Sequence record: SRR16203515_940
Direction: 5' to 3' (one strand)
Length of the DNA stretch: 43,472 nucleotides
In this document: positions 1 through 9,917 of the stretch, piece by piece
Layout: the number at the start of each line of letters is the position of its first letter
How positions within the stretch are numbered: position 1 is the stretch's first letter
Made by a program: the position numbers and the translations under genes
The notes under the pieces: model-generated
The model's database searches: none
Told to the model about the DNA's origin: nothing
What the model saw: the letters and a program-made list of their open reading frames with translations, nothing else

Positions 1-1138
1 CGTCAACCATTGTTTGAGAGTGTTTAACGCTGGCGTTTTCCAGTGTTGCGTAATGTACCCCTTGTCTTGACATACGGGCGGAGCGCTGTTGCAGCGGAAG
101 CGTCTGCCAATCGTCTTGCGGAATGCAAACAGTTGCTGGACCATAGGTTTCAGTGAGACCGTAGAGATGAGTCACGTGAAAACCGTCCGCCTCCATCGCC
201 TCAATGACGGCGGAAGGCGGTGCAGCCCCGCCGGTCGCGATCTCAACAGTTTGAGAGAAGGGTGTTTTCATCTCCTTTGGCGCGTTGGCTAAAAGATTCA
301 TCACAATTGGCGCGCCACACATATGGGTTACGGAATTCTCTGAGATTGAGTCAAACACGGCTTTGGGTTCAACAGCGCGAAGGCATACATGAGTACCCAT
401 CGCTGCGGTGACCGCCCATGTAAATGTCCATCCGTCGCAGTGAAACATGGGCAATGTCCAAAGGTAAACCGAGTTCCGATTAAGACCCATCGTGGTCATA
501 TTGCCGATCGCGTTAAGGTAAGCACCTCGATGGTGATAAACACATCCTTTGGGGTTTCCTGTGGTCCCAGAAGTGTAAAGCAACGAAAGCGCCTGCCACT
601 CATCGGTCGGTTGTTCGCTTGAGAATTCCCCTGAGACAGACTCAATAAATTCTTCGTAGGTCATCTCACCCAGTCGTTCGCCGCCTTCACTTTCGGAGTC
701 ATCGATGTCGATGACTAAAATCTCCCGATCGATAAGCGCCAATGCATCTTTAACCACAGGCGAGAATGCGCAGTCAGTTAGCAGCACTTTCGCCTCACCA
801 TGTTCAAGAACGAACGCAATTGTTTGCGGATCAAGTCTGATGTTGAGTGAGTTGAGTACTGCCCCAATCATGGGTACTGCGTTGTGGGCCTCGAGCATCT
901 CTGGGGTGTTCGCGGCCATGATCGCAACACAGTCTCCCGCCGCAATGTTGCGAGCGCTGAGCGCATTCGCGAGCCGACATGATCGGTCAAGAAACGTCCT
1001 ATAGGTATAACGCCTTTTGCCATGGATGATCGCAACATGGTCAGGTACTACTTGAGCCGCTCGCTTCAAAAAACTCACTGGCGTTAACGGCTCGAAATTA
1101 GCTCGATTTTTTTCCAACTGAAAATCAAAAATAGACAC
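1..1138 (-). CDS. Acyl-CoA synthetase / AMP-binding enzyme (3' end beyond the window edge)
   Basis: Absent from the ORF track because it runs off the edge. Manual translation from GTG at 1138, with GGAGG RBS upstream: MSIFDFQLEKNRANFEPLTPVSFLKRAAQVVPDHVAIIHGKRRYTY. Further on are YTSGTTGNPKGV (AMP-binding P-loop), WTLPMFHCDGW and HVYGLTETYGP. Confidence 0.9.
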   Translation of the reverse strand, partial: MSIFDFQLEKNRANFEPLTPVSFLKRAAQVVPDHVAIIHGKRRYTYRTFLDRSCRLANALSARNIAAGDCVAIMAANTPEMLEAHNAVPMIGAVLNSLNIRLDPQTIAFVLEHGEAKVLLTDCAFSPVVKDALALIDREILVIDIDDSESEGGERLGEMTYEEFIESVSGEFSSEQPTDEWQALSLLYTSGTTGNPKGCVYHHRGAYLNAIGNMTTMGLNRNSVYLWTLPMFHCDGWTFTWAVTAAMGTHVCLRAVEPKAVFDSISENSVTHMCGAPIVMNLLANAPKEMKTPFSQTVEIATGGAAPPSAVIEAMEADGFHVTHLYGLTETYGPATVCIPQDDWQTLPLQQRSARMSRQGVHYATLENASVKHSQTMVD

Positions 1139-1308
1139 GAGAATCCTCCAAAAATCAGAACGCTAATCCTACCGAGTTTTTTTTCATATGTCAGGCAGCG
1201 ATCGCTTATTCTGCGTCTTTTTGAGAGCCTTGCGTTTCATAAATTGGGACTAAGACTTGGCGAAAACGCCGTTTATAATCCGTATTGAAAATTCAAGAGA
1301 TTATTTTG

Positions 1309-1752
1309 ATGCGCGTTCCTTGCGGAAAATTTTATGATGAAGTGAGTATCGGCGACGAGTTTGATTACGTGCTGACGATTACCGAAACTCATCTTGTTAC
1401 AGCGTCGGGGCTGTTTGGCGACTTTAATCCTTTGCATGTTGATGAAACCTTTGCGGCGCAGTCAAGATTCGGCGGGCGGATTTTGCATGGTCCTTTTACT
1501 AGTGCTTTCATAGCCGCGCCTATTGGAATTTATTTCGCTGGTACGGCGATTGCTTATCTTGAGCATAATTGTAAGTTTATGGCCCCTGTCAGGCCGGGAG
1601 ATACACTGCGAGCAGCCTGGCAAGTGATTGATAAACAGGATAAGCCAAAATTCGAAGGCGGAGTAATTGAACTCACTTGCATTTGCGATAATCAGAACAA
1701 GGTTGAAGTAGCGGTGGCCAGTGGCAAGATCATGGTGTCCTCGGTCAACTGA
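1309..1752 (+). CDS. MaoC-family (hotdog-fold) dehydratase
   Basis: GDFNPLHVDETFAAQSRFGGRILHG hydratase motif and FMAPVRPGDTL. ATG 1309 preferred over TTG 1285. Confidence 0.88.
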   Translation: MRVPCGKFYDEVSIGDEFDYVLTITETHLVTASGLFGDFNPLHVDETFAAQSRFGGRILHGPFTSAFIAAPIGIYFAGTAIAYLEHNCKFMAPVRPGDTLRAAWQVIDKQDKPKFEGGVIELTCICDNQNKVEVAVASGKIMVSSVN

Positions 1753-1765
1753 GTTAAAGAAAAAT

Positions 1766-2971
1766 ATGGACGCATCACTTCACGGAAAACGAATTTTGAT
1801 TTACAGTCATGATTCGTTTGGGCTGGGTCACTTACGCCGGTGTCGAACGATTGCACACGCGCTTGTCGACCGTTTTGCAGGGCTTAGAGTTCTGATTGTG
1901 TCGGGATCGCCCATCATCGGGAGCTTTGATTTTAAAAGTCGCGTTGATTTTGTGCGTATTCCTGGAGTCGTGAAACTTCGCGGTGGTGACTATACGTCGC
2001 TGTCGGATCATATTGACCTATCCCAAACCCTGCGATTGAGAAGTTCAATTCTTGATCAGACTGCAAAAACGTTTTCACCCGATCTTTTTCTGGTCGATAA
2101 AGAACCGCTAGGGTTAAAAGGTGAGGTTACCGATACCCTGAAGCGTTTACGTGATGCCGGGGTAAGCACGGTGCTTGGGTTGCGAGATATTCTTGATGAT
2201 CCGGTGATTTTGAGAAAAGAGTGGGACAAGCGCGGCACGCCCCGTGATCTCGAGAAACTGTACTCCGAGTTATGGGTTTTTGGCACCGCCTCTATGGGTA
2301 ATCCGCTCGCAGAACTGGGGGTCAGCCGAGCAAGCTTCGACCGGATGGTATATACCGGCTATTTAAGACGCTCCGTGCCTGATATTGCAAAAGCGCCAGT
2401 CAGTTTGCCTGAAGATCCGTTTCTGCTGGTGACACCGGGCGGTGGCGGTGATGGTGAAACATTGGTTGATTGGGTGCTAAGCGCACTTGAGCAAAAGCCG
2501 CGACGGTCTAAGTCCGTCGTGATCGTTATGGGCCCCTTCATGGCGCAGGCAGTACGACATCGTTTTCAAAGGCGAGCGGCGGTTCTTGCTGATGTGCAAA
2601 TGATTACGTTCAATGCCAATATGGAAATTCTGATGGATCGGGCTGACGGCATTGTGGCGATGGGCGGATACAACACGTTTTGCGAAATTCTGTCTTTTAA
2701 TAAGCGGGCGCTCTTGATACCACGCTCGACCCCGAGAATGGAGCAGACGCTCCGCGCTCATCGCGCGACTTCTCTTGGATTGGTTTCAATGCTAAACGGT
2801 GACGGAGACCGCTCTCCCGACGCGATGGCCAAAGCGTTGATTCATCTGGAGCGTCAGTCTTTGCCTTCCGATCATGGTGCGGATCAATTTCTTGATGGTC
2901 TAAAGGTTATCTGTAATCGCGTCAAGGCTCTAATTACGCCGTCAGAAGAAGTTCAACAAGGTATCGGCTGA
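1766..2971 (+). CDS. Predicted glycosyltransferase (GT-B, COG4671-like)
   Basis: ILIYSHDSFGLGHLRRC, LVTPGGGGDG, VAMGGYNTFCEIL and PRxEQ motifs. ATG 1766 chosen; the track start at 1721 overlaps the MaoC gene. Confidence 0.85.
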   Translation: MDASLHGKRILIYSHDSFGLGHLRRCRTIAHALVDRFAGLRVLIVSGSPIIGSFDFKSRVDFVRIPGVVKLRGGDYTSLSDHIDLSQTLRLRSSILDQTAKTFSPDLFLVDKEPLGLKGEVTDTLKRLRDAGVSTVLGLRDILDDPVILRKEWDKRGTPRDLEKLYSELWVFGTASMGNPLAELGVSRASFDRMVYTGYLRRSVPDIAKAPVSLPEDPFLLVTPGGGGDGETLVDWVLSALEQKPRRSKSVVIVMGPFMAQAVRHRFQRRAAVLADVQMITFNANMEILMDRADGIVAMGGYNTFCEILSFNKRALLIPRSTPRMEQTLRAHRATSLGLVSMLNGDGDRSPDAMAKALIHLERQSLPSDHGADQFLDGLKVICNRVKALITPSEEVQQGIG

Positions 2972-2992
2972 TTTTTTGGCGACTGTCTTAAA

Positions 2993-4129
2993 TTGATTCT
3001 TTTTTATGTCCAGCATCTTCTTGGAATAGGGCATCTCAGGCGGACCCTTGCTATCGCACAGGCGTGCCTGGAGGAAGGGCTAGATGTCCGGGTTGTCAGC
3101 GGCGGGATTCCGGTCAAACAGGAGATGTTCAAAGCGGTCCGGGTGCATCAGTTACCACCTGTCAAAAGTGCTGACCTTTCTTTTTCCTCGATCGTCGATC
3201 AAGACGGGCTACCGGTAACATCAGAGCTTGAGCAGAGGCGAGCGGATAAATTACTGCGCATATTTTCCGACAACCAACCTTCGGTCTTGGTAACTGAGCT
3301 TTTTCCGTTCGGTCGACGCCGGTTTCGCTTTGAGATTATGCCGCTGCTAAAAGAAGCAAAAAAAACGGGAACGAAGGTGGTCTGTTCAGTGCGCGATAGC
3401 GTTCAAATTCGTTCGAATCAGCGGGAGGATGAATCTCTAGATGTGTTACACCAATTTTATGATGAGGTGCTTGTTCATGGCGATCCCGAGTTTTTGCCGT
3501 TTGAGGCGTCTTTTGCTAAAGCTTCGAGTATCAAGTCGATTATGGGTTATACAGGCCTAGTTGATACAAATTCGTCTTATTCTGGTCAAACTGAGTTACG
3601 GCAGATCGATGGAGCGTCCGAAATACTGGTTTCTGCGGGGGGCGGTGCCGCCGGGGAGAAAATTTATCGGGCCGCATCGAGGGCATGCGCCTTATCGCAG
3701 TGCTCACGGCCCTGGCGTCTTTTGCTCGGCTCAAATCCAGCAGAGCGTTTAAAAACAAAGATAAAGATGTTGGGGGGCGATAAGGTAATTGTAGAGGCGA
3801 ATCGCTCTGATTTCCGCCAACTCTTAAGTCAATGCGCGATTTCGATTTCTCAGGTTGGATACAACACAGTTGTTGATCTTCTGGCAACGGGCGCACCTGC
3901 AATAGTCATTCCATTTGAAGGCGAGGGTGGCCAGAGTGAGCAATCTGCCCGCGCCAAAAGATTGGAATCAATGGGGCGTGCGCGCGTGCTCTCGGAGGAG
4001 ACAGTTAGCGCTGAGAGACTTTGTGATCTGGTTAGTAAAATGACCGATGCCAACCCGTCTCGCTTCCCGAGAGAAACCTGCAACGGGGCAAAAAATTCTG
4101 CAAGGGCATTGACAAAGTATTGCGAGTAA
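2993..4129 (+). CDS. Predicted glycosyltransferase (GT-B, GT28 C-terminal-like, COG4671-like)
   Basis: ILFYVQHLLGIGHLRR, ELFPFGRR, LVSAGGGAAG, ISQVGYNTVVD and EQxxRA motifs; paralogous to the upstream gene. Confidence 0.85.
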   Translation: MILFYVQHLLGIGHLRRTLAIAQACLEEGLDVRVVSGGIPVKQEMFKAVRVHQLPPVKSADLSFSSIVDQDGLPVTSELEQRRADKLLRIFSDNQPSVLVTELFPFGRRRFRFEIMPLLKEAKKTGTKVVCSVRDSVQIRSNQREDESLDVLHQFYDEVLVHGDPEFLPFEASFAKASSIKSIMGYTGLVDTNSSYSGQTELRQIDGASEILVSAGGGAAGEKIYRAASRACALSQCSRPWRLLLGSNPAERLKTKIKMLGGDKVIVEANRSDFRQLLSQCAISISQVGYNTVVDLLATGAPAIVIPFEGEGGQSEQSARAKRLESMGRARVLSEETVSAERLCDLVSKMTDANPSRFPRETCNGAKNSARALTKYCE

Positions 4130-4134
4130 CCGTT

Positions 4135-4572
4135 ATGCCGGCGCCTGATAATCTGATATTTAAAAGTTATGTTTCTGATCACCAGGATGATTTGTTATCG
4201 CTTTGGCAGGTGTGCGACTTAATCCGGCCGTGGAATAATCCTTTGGACGATATTCGGCAGTGCGTTGGAAATCCGTCGTCTGAATTGCTTATTACTTATC
4301 TCGATCAAACATTATGTGGAAGTGTGATGGTGGGCTGCGATGGCCATCGAGGTTGGGTCTATTATCTTGCAGTCGCCCCAGATTATCGAACCCAAGGGAT
4401 TGGGAGGGCATTGATGGCTTCTGCCGAGCAGTGGCTGATTGATCGGGATGTGCCTAAGATTCACGCCATGATTCGACATGATAATTTACTCGTGCGCGGC
4501 TTTTATAAAAGACTTGATTTTATTGATGGCGATGTTCAGCTGGTTCAAAAGTGGCTGAAGCGAGAAGCCTAA
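4135..4572 (+). CDS. GNAT family acetyltransferase (YpeA-like)
   Basis: RPWNNPxxDI, VMVGCDGHRGWVYYLAVAPDYRTQGIG (acetyl-CoA binding R/QxxGxG) and GFYKRLDF. Confidence 0.88.
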   Translation: MPAPDNLIFKSYVSDHQDDLLSLWQVCDLIRPWNNPLDDIRQCVGNPSSELLITYLDQTLCGSVMVGCDGHRGWVYYLAVAPDYRTQGIGRALMASAEQWLIDRDVPKIHAMIRHDNLLVRGFYKRLDFIDGDVQLVQKWLKREA

Positions 4573-4623
4573 ACTCGATCTGAGCAGTGTCTAATATAGC
4601 GAGAACATTTTAATGTCGCAGTG

Positions 4624-5724
4624 TTAGCGCTGATAACGATTAACAATCGTGACGAGATCTGTAGGGTTGATTGCTGAGCAGGGAAAACCGAATGGTCTTA
4701 GGGTATCCATGCTTTCAGCCGCAATTAAAGCGTTAACCACCGCTTCCTCGACTGATTGGACCGCTGCCTCATAAATCGGATCACAAAGGTCATCGCCGGC
4801 CCATTCAAATTCATTGTTCACGCGGCCCATCGATTCAATCGGCACCTCATTAGCCGTGCTGAAAGCGAGAAAGATATCTCCAGAACCATTTTCTCCAGTG
4901 GTTCCGCCCCGGGCGATGCCGATAGTGCCGCGTTTAGCAAGGCGTTTTAGTTGGTGGGGCATCAGGGGTGCATCGGTTGCAATAATTACAATAATAGAGC
5001 CAAATTCAAGATCACGCGGCATCAGGTCGTGGGTGAAATGTTTGCCTACGGGTGAGCCAAGGATCGTCAAATCCTCTCGCCGTCCGTGATTAGCCTGAAC
5101 CAGCGCAGCGACCTGATACTCGTTTTCGGAGATCTTAATTTGTCGTGATGAGGTTCCGGTTCCGCCTTTAAATTCATAGCAAATCATACCGGTGCCGCCA
5201 CCCACATTTCCTTCGCTTATCTGTCCCGTCACGGCATTGTTTAGGGCGGCGCGCGCATGCGCCTCGCTAACGTGAAGGCCGTTTATATCGTTTAGCATCC
5301 CATCATAAGTTTCCGCCACGACTGGCATGGCCCATAAATGCTCATTTCCCCAGTGTTTTGGATAGGTATCAATCATCCATTGAACAGCCGCCTGATGCAC
5401 TCGGCCAACGCTGTGGGTGTTGGTCATCATGATTGGCCCAAGAAAATAACCGCCGTCCTCTATCCAATGGGTGCCTGTCATCTCACCGTTGCCGTTAAAC
5501 CGGTGTATGCCAGCCCACACCGGTTTCGGGATCGGATCCCGTCCGCGAGGGAGTAGTGCAGTGACGCCCGTTCGAATAGGGCCTGCACCACACCTCAAAG
5601 GCCCGTCGCCTTCAATCAAAGTGGTGTATCCAACCTCAACACCATGTATATCGGTTATGGCATTGTTCGGACCCGTGATGCCGGGGAAGTTTAGACCTAT
5701 CTCACGCGCTCGTTTTTTTATCAT
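4624..5724 (-). CDS. dmpA: DmpA-like L-aminopeptidase / D-esterase (peptidase S58, P1 family)
   Basis: GPNNAITDIHGVEVG, NGNGEMTG, EGNVGGGTGM, FKGGTGTSSR, the G|SIIVIIATDAP autoprocessing site and SGDIFLAFST. Confidence 0.88.
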   Translation of the reverse strand: MIKKRAREIGLNFPGITGPNNAITDIHGVEVGYTTLIEGDGPLRCGAGPIRTGVTALLPRGRDPIPKPVWAGIHRFNGNGEMTGTHWIEDGGYFLGPIMMTNTHSVGRVHQAAVQWMIDTYPKHWGNEHLWAMPVVAETYDGMLNDINGLHVSEAHARAALNNAVTGQISEGNVGGGTGMICYEFKGGTGTSSRQIKISENEYQVAALVQANHGRREDLTILGSPVGKHFTHDLMPRDLEFGSIIVIIATDAPLMPHQLKRLAKRGTIGIARGGTTGENGSGDIFLAFSTANEVPIESMGRVNNEFEWAGDDLCDPIYEAAVQSVEEAVVNALIAAESMDTLRPFGFPCSAINPTDLVTIVNRYQR

Positions 5725-5733
5725 TTTGATTGT

Positions 5734-6321
5734 TTAGTCTGAGCTGAGTTTGATATTAATTTTTTCAAGAACGAGGTTCTGATTTTCAAGACGATACAGA
5801 TGTCCGCATCCATCGCGAAGTTTCTCAGGTGGATCGTCCATCATATCCCAATCTATCGCAATGCTTAAAGCAGCCCTCAGCACGCCTTTATGACAAACCG
5901 CGACAGCAGGAAGGTGTTGATTCGACAGCGTGTTGAGCCATGTTGTTAATCGATGGCAAACTTCTCGGGGGCTTTCCCCTCCGGGCGGTCGAAAATCAAG
6001 CCCGCGATCTTCATTCCGGCGAAATGCTTGCGGATCGATCCGGCGTAGTGACTCGAGGGTGTGTCCTTCCCAATGACCCCAATGCATCTCCTGAAGGGGG
6101 TCTACCGGGGTCATACTTGTGAAACCGAGTAGGTTTGCAGTTTGGCGCGCACGTTTTAGCGGACTGCAGAAGCAATGCCAGTCAGCGTAAGGTGGTTTTA
6201 ATCGCCAGGACGCAGCTAATCTCTCTCCGTCGGCGCTTAATTCAACATCAGTGCGCCCCTGAATTCGTTTGGACTCATTCCATTCGGTCGGGCCATGTCG
6301 CACGAAAAGAATCTGACTCAT
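5734..6321 (-). CDS. Histidine phosphatase (phosphoglycerate mutase-like) family protein
   Basis: FVRHGPTEWN (RHG motif), SPLKRARQTA, GxWEG, PGGES and VCHKG. Confidence 0.88.
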   Translation of the reverse strand: MSQILFVRHGPTEWNESKRIQGRTDVELSADGERLAASWRLKPPYADWHCFCSPLKRARQTANLLGFTSMTPVDPLQEMHWGHWEGHTLESLRRIDPQAFRRNEDRGLDFRPPGGESPREVCHRLTTWLNTLSNQHLPAVAVCHKGVLRAALSIAIDWDMMDDPPEKLRDGCGHLYRLENQNLVLEKINIKLSSD

Positions 6322-7448
6322 TGGGTTTTTATCTGTGAAAGAAAAAACTGGATCGTTTCAGCGGCTAGTTCAACTGTATGTTGTTCCAGAAATTTATCCC
6401 TTGCATTTTTTGCCATCTGAGCGCGAATGGACGCATCTTGAATTAAGGAAGAGATTGCTTTTGCGAATGATACGGGATCACCGGCCGGCGTCAAAAATCC
6501 GGTCTGCGTATCCGCTACTGTAACGGCGACGCCGTCAGTGTAACCTGCGACGACCGGCAGTCCATGCCGATGCGCTTCAAGAATCGCCATCCCGAACGCC
6601 TCATTTATCGCTGGCCAAGCAAACACATCGGCGGCTGTTAACAGCTGAGCAATGTCAGTCTCCTCTAAAACCCCCGTAAAGCAGACTCGTTTTGTTGTGT
6701 TTGAGAACGCTTTAACAATTTGATCCTTTTCGCTGCCGCCGCCAACGACAATCAGTTGCCAATCTAGGTCGGTGATGTGTCCCAAAGCGTCTGCAAGCGT
6801 CAGATAAGACTTCAATTTGTCTCCGGACCGCATCATTGCGACGGTGATTATCCAGGGGCAATTTGGGTTAAGCCTATATTTTGCGGACATGGTTTGTTTT
6901 GCGGATTCCGGCGAATCAGAAAAATCGGGGGAGTCCGCAGCAAATGGCGCGAGTAACAGTTGTTTTGCTTTCGGTTTGAGCAGTGATTGGATGCACTCGA
7001 CGTCCCGTGGGTTAAGCGAGATCACCCCCGACGCGACCGAGAGACATTTTTCAACTTGTTCGAGTCCAAGCTGCCAGGGGCCTGCTATCTGTTTAGGCGC
7101 GTACGATGCTTCGGTAACGACGTAGGGAATGTTTAATGCTTCAGAAGCTTGCGGGCCGAGCCAGTCAGGCGCCTTGTGGTAGAGGTGATAGGTGAGCCAG
7201 ATGTCGATTGAATGAACCATATGGTTAGGATCGTCGAGCATCTCGCTCACGACTTTTTGCCCCTGGTGCGCGAGGTCTTGCTGCTGAAGTTCATCACCCC
7301 TTATTGCCACTGATCGGAATTCGCTCATCAACAGAACCTCGTGACCGCCGATTTCGAGGGCTCTGATGAGAAGTCGCGCAATGGTTCGATCGCCAGAGGC
7401 CGAGTCAGAAAAGGGAGATTTTAGCGGCGCATAAAAACCGATTTTCAT
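6318..7448 (-). CDS. Glycosyltransferase family 4
   Basis: FYAPLKSP..SGDR, TYHLYHKAPDWLGP and WPAINEAFGMAILEA (EX7E motif); ATGA overlap with the downstream gene. Confidence 0.88.
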   Translation of the reverse strand: MKIGFYAPLKSPFSDSASGDRTIARLLIRALEIGGHEVLLMSEFRSVAIRGDELQQQDLAHQGQKVVSEMLDDPNHMVHSIDIWLTYHLYHKAPDWLGPQASEALNIPYVVTEASYAPKQIAGPWQLGLEQVEKCLSVASGVISLNPRDVECIQSLLKPKAKQLLLAPFAADSPDFSDSPESAKQTMSAKYRLNPNCPWIITVAMMRSGDKLKSYLTLADALGHITDLDWQLIVVGGGSEKDQIVKAFSNTTKRVCFTGVLEETDIAQLLTAADVFAWPAINEAFGMAILEAHRHGLPVVAGYTDGVAVTVADTQTGFLTPAGDPVSFAKAISSLIQDASIRAQMAKNARDKFLEQHTVELAAETIQFFLSQIKTQ

Positions 7449-8680
7449 TGAGTAGAGTCTTGGTGCTGGCGTATTAGTTTCACGAGCGGAAGAATGTTTT
7501 CGTGGTGCGAAAACTCATGATGAACTCGTTTGAATGCAGCGGCCGCCCACGCCGACCGGAGGTCTGGATTCGCTGCCTTTCGAATTGCCCCTAGGAGCGA
7601 ACTTGAGTCGTCCGGCGGGACAAGTAATCCATGAGTGTCTGTCTCGATAAACTCGCAAATGCCAGATAACGCCGTGGAGATGATCGCCAGTTTTTGACTA
7701 GCAGCCTCCATTAAAACATTTGGCAAGCCGTCCCGGTCGCCATCTTTGGTGATGCGGCTGGGTAGTAAAAAAAGATCATTCTGACGGTAAAGTGACAGTA
7801 TTTCTTCTTGTGGACGGGGTCCGAGCCAGCTAATTTTGTCCTCTAACTTAAGGTCGGCGGCGTGCACCTGAAGTTTTCTTAAGTCACTACCACCGCCGAC
7901 GTGCTGCCAATGCCAATAAAATTCCTGGGGGAGAGCAGCGAGTGCTTCGAGCAGAATTAAGAATCCTTTTTTGGGAACCGCTCTTCCGACACTAAAGAGT
8001 CGAAGCGTTTTATTGGGAGATGTTCCATCATTACGTTTTTCATCAAATGATGACGGTTCTGAGAACCGGCGAATATCGAGACCATGGTAGAGCAGGGTAA
8101 TTTTGTCGGGCGAGTCGGTTAGGCTTTTGAGATGGACGCTCCCTGTCTCCGTGCAGGTAACCCCCCAGGCGCAGTCTTCGATTTTTTCGCGCTTTTCCCA
8201 CTCCGGCGTTGTCCAGATATCTTTTGCGTGGGCGGAAAAGGACCAAGGCAGATTTCGTAGAAGGGCTGCATAACGTGCCACTGAGGACGGTGTGTGTAAA
8301 AAGTGCGCATAAATTAGGGTGACGCCATCTGATAGTTCATTCGCGAGAACAAGGGATTGGCCAAATCGTCGAACGCGGTTTGGGGTTGAATCGCGTTTTA
8401 AATCATTGAGCCAGACTTTTCGCGCGTGCGAATAATGGGGTGATTTTCGGATCCGCCACCACGCTCGAATCACTCGCGTCGATTGCTGCCAGAGATATTC
8501 TGGAAGATAGCGGGCTGTTTTGTTGATTTCCCGATGAACCGGGTGGATCGCAGTATCCGTCGGGTGTCGGAGCGAAATCAGCTCGAGCTCCAAACCCGCT
8601 TTTTGGAGACTTTGAATTTCCTGAGCGATAAATGTCTCGGAAAGACGCGGATAACCTTTTAAAACCACAGCAACGGACAT
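7445..8680 (-). CDS. Glycosyltransferase family 4 (WcaL/AmsK-like)
   Basis: KGYPRLSETFIAQEI, AHFLHTP, SAHAKDIW, SVGRAVPKKG and GDRDGLPNVLMEA. Confidence 0.88.
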   Translation of the reverse strand: MSVAVVLKGYPRLSETFIAQEIQSLQKAGLELELISLRHPTDTAIHPVHREINKTARYLPEYLWQQSTRVIRAWWRIRKSPHYSHARKVWLNDLKRDSTPNRVRRFGQSLVLANELSDGVTLIYAHFLHTPSSVARYAALLRNLPWSFSAHAKDIWTTPEWEKREKIEDCAWGVTCTETGSVHLKSLTDSPDKITLLYHGLDIRRFSEPSSFDEKRNDGTSPNKTLRLFSVGRAVPKKGFLILLEALAALPQEFYWHWQHVGGGSDLRKLQVHAADLKLEDKISWLGPRPQEEILSLYRQNDLFLLPSRITKDGDRDGLPNVLMEAASQKLAIISTALSGICEFIETDTHGLLVPPDDSSSLLGAIRKAANPDLRSAWAAAAFKRVHHEFSHHENILPLVKLIRQHQDSTQ

Positions 8681-8877
8681 TGGGCTTGATCTCGATTATT
8701 ACGGACCCTAGCAAAGTCCTTGGAAAGTTGTTTATGCTATAAGACCCGCGTTGCTGGCGCAAATGAGCTATCCTTTTGATGAAAAGTATCTTTTTCACCT
8801 TGTGATGCCGATCGATTCAAAAGGGTGTTAGGGGATTCCGGATCCCGGATTGCAACGCGGACATTTTTGAATAAGTA

Positions 8878-9780
8878 ATGACCAATAAACTCATTAAAGT
8901 TATCGAACCGTGCGGTCCGCCGGTCGCCGAATTGCTTGATCGGCACCTATCTATGCTTCGAAAGGCAGGACTGGATGTAAGCTATGAATCGTTAGGCTTA
9001 TCAACGCTATCGCGTTTGGAAGAGGCTGGGGTTCTGGCGAGATCAGCCCAAATTAGCGACGCGCTCCATAGTGATGAAGTGGGAATAATATTAAGCGCCA
9101 GAGGAGGATATGGCGCGAGCGACTTATTGAGCCGTATCGATTGGGAGCGGTTAGCTGGATTGGAGCGTAAATGTTTGGTTGGTTTTTCAGACGTGACAGC
9201 ACTTCAAAGCGGGTTATTTACAGTTTTGGGATGGTCTTCTCTACATGCCCCTATGCCAGGGTCTCCCCTCTGGCAAAATGGTGCAACAATCACAAATTTG
9301 ATCAATCTTTTAAGCGCGAAGGGGCGTGACCCTTGGTCAGGGAATATCAAGCTTAGTCCTGTTACGGGTTCAAAGCGGATGACCGGTCCGATCGACGGCC
9401 AGTTGTTTGGAGGGTGCTTAAGTGTTTTGAGTAATTTAATTGGCACGCGGTATTTGCCTCAAAGATTTTCTAGACACATCTTGTTTTTTGAGGATACGGG
9501 CGAAACGGCTCCCCGTATCCTGCGAGACTGGCGACAGTGGCTGGATGTAGGATTGTTGACTGGGGTTCGGGCGGTGGTTTTTGGTCAATTTACGGAGTGT
9601 TTTAGCGACCTAGCTGAGGCCAGATGGCTTTTGGCCGAACTGGCCGAGCGAACGCCTTGTCCCGTTTTTTCCTCAACTGATTTTGGCCATATTGAAAATA
9701 ACACCCCGCTTGGCATTGGCGCCGAGGCCACAATTGATGAAAACGAGCTCAAATGGCACTTTCAGGCCGACGCTTCTTGA
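8878..9780 (+). CDS. ldcA: LD-carboxypeptidase (peptidase S66)
   Basis: ARGGYGA, GFSDVTAL (Ser nucleophile), GGCLSVL, FFEDTGE (Glu) and FGH (His) triad motifs. Confidence 0.82.
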   Translation: MTNKLIKVIEPCGPPVAELLDRHLSMLRKAGLDVSYESLGLSTLSRLEEAGVLARSAQISDALHSDEVGIILSARGGYGASDLLSRIDWERLAGLERKCLVGFSDVTALQSGLFTVLGWSSLHAPMPGSPLWQNGATITNLINLLSAKGRDPWSGNIKLSPVTGSKRMTGPIDGQLFGGCLSVLSNLIGTRYLPQRFSRHILFFEDTGETAPRILRDWRQWLDVGLLTGVRAVVFGQFTECFSDLAEARWLLAELAERTPCPVFSSTDFGHIENNTPLGIGAEATIDENELKWHFQADAS

Positions 9781-9917
9781 GCAAAACCTGGCGAAGGGTC
9801 TGTCAACTGTCCGATGTTCAACCTTGTGCTGGCGAGAGCCGGCAAGTACCATCAACATCTCGCCCAAGGGCTATGCGTTTTAGGGTTTAAAAACTTTTTT
9901 TGTCAAGGAGTATCCTG

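Noticed and set aside
89-1004. Short + strand ORFs (89..292, 220..411, 389..622, 705..1004)
   Set aside because: Antisense shadows of the acyl-CoA synthetase on the minus strand.
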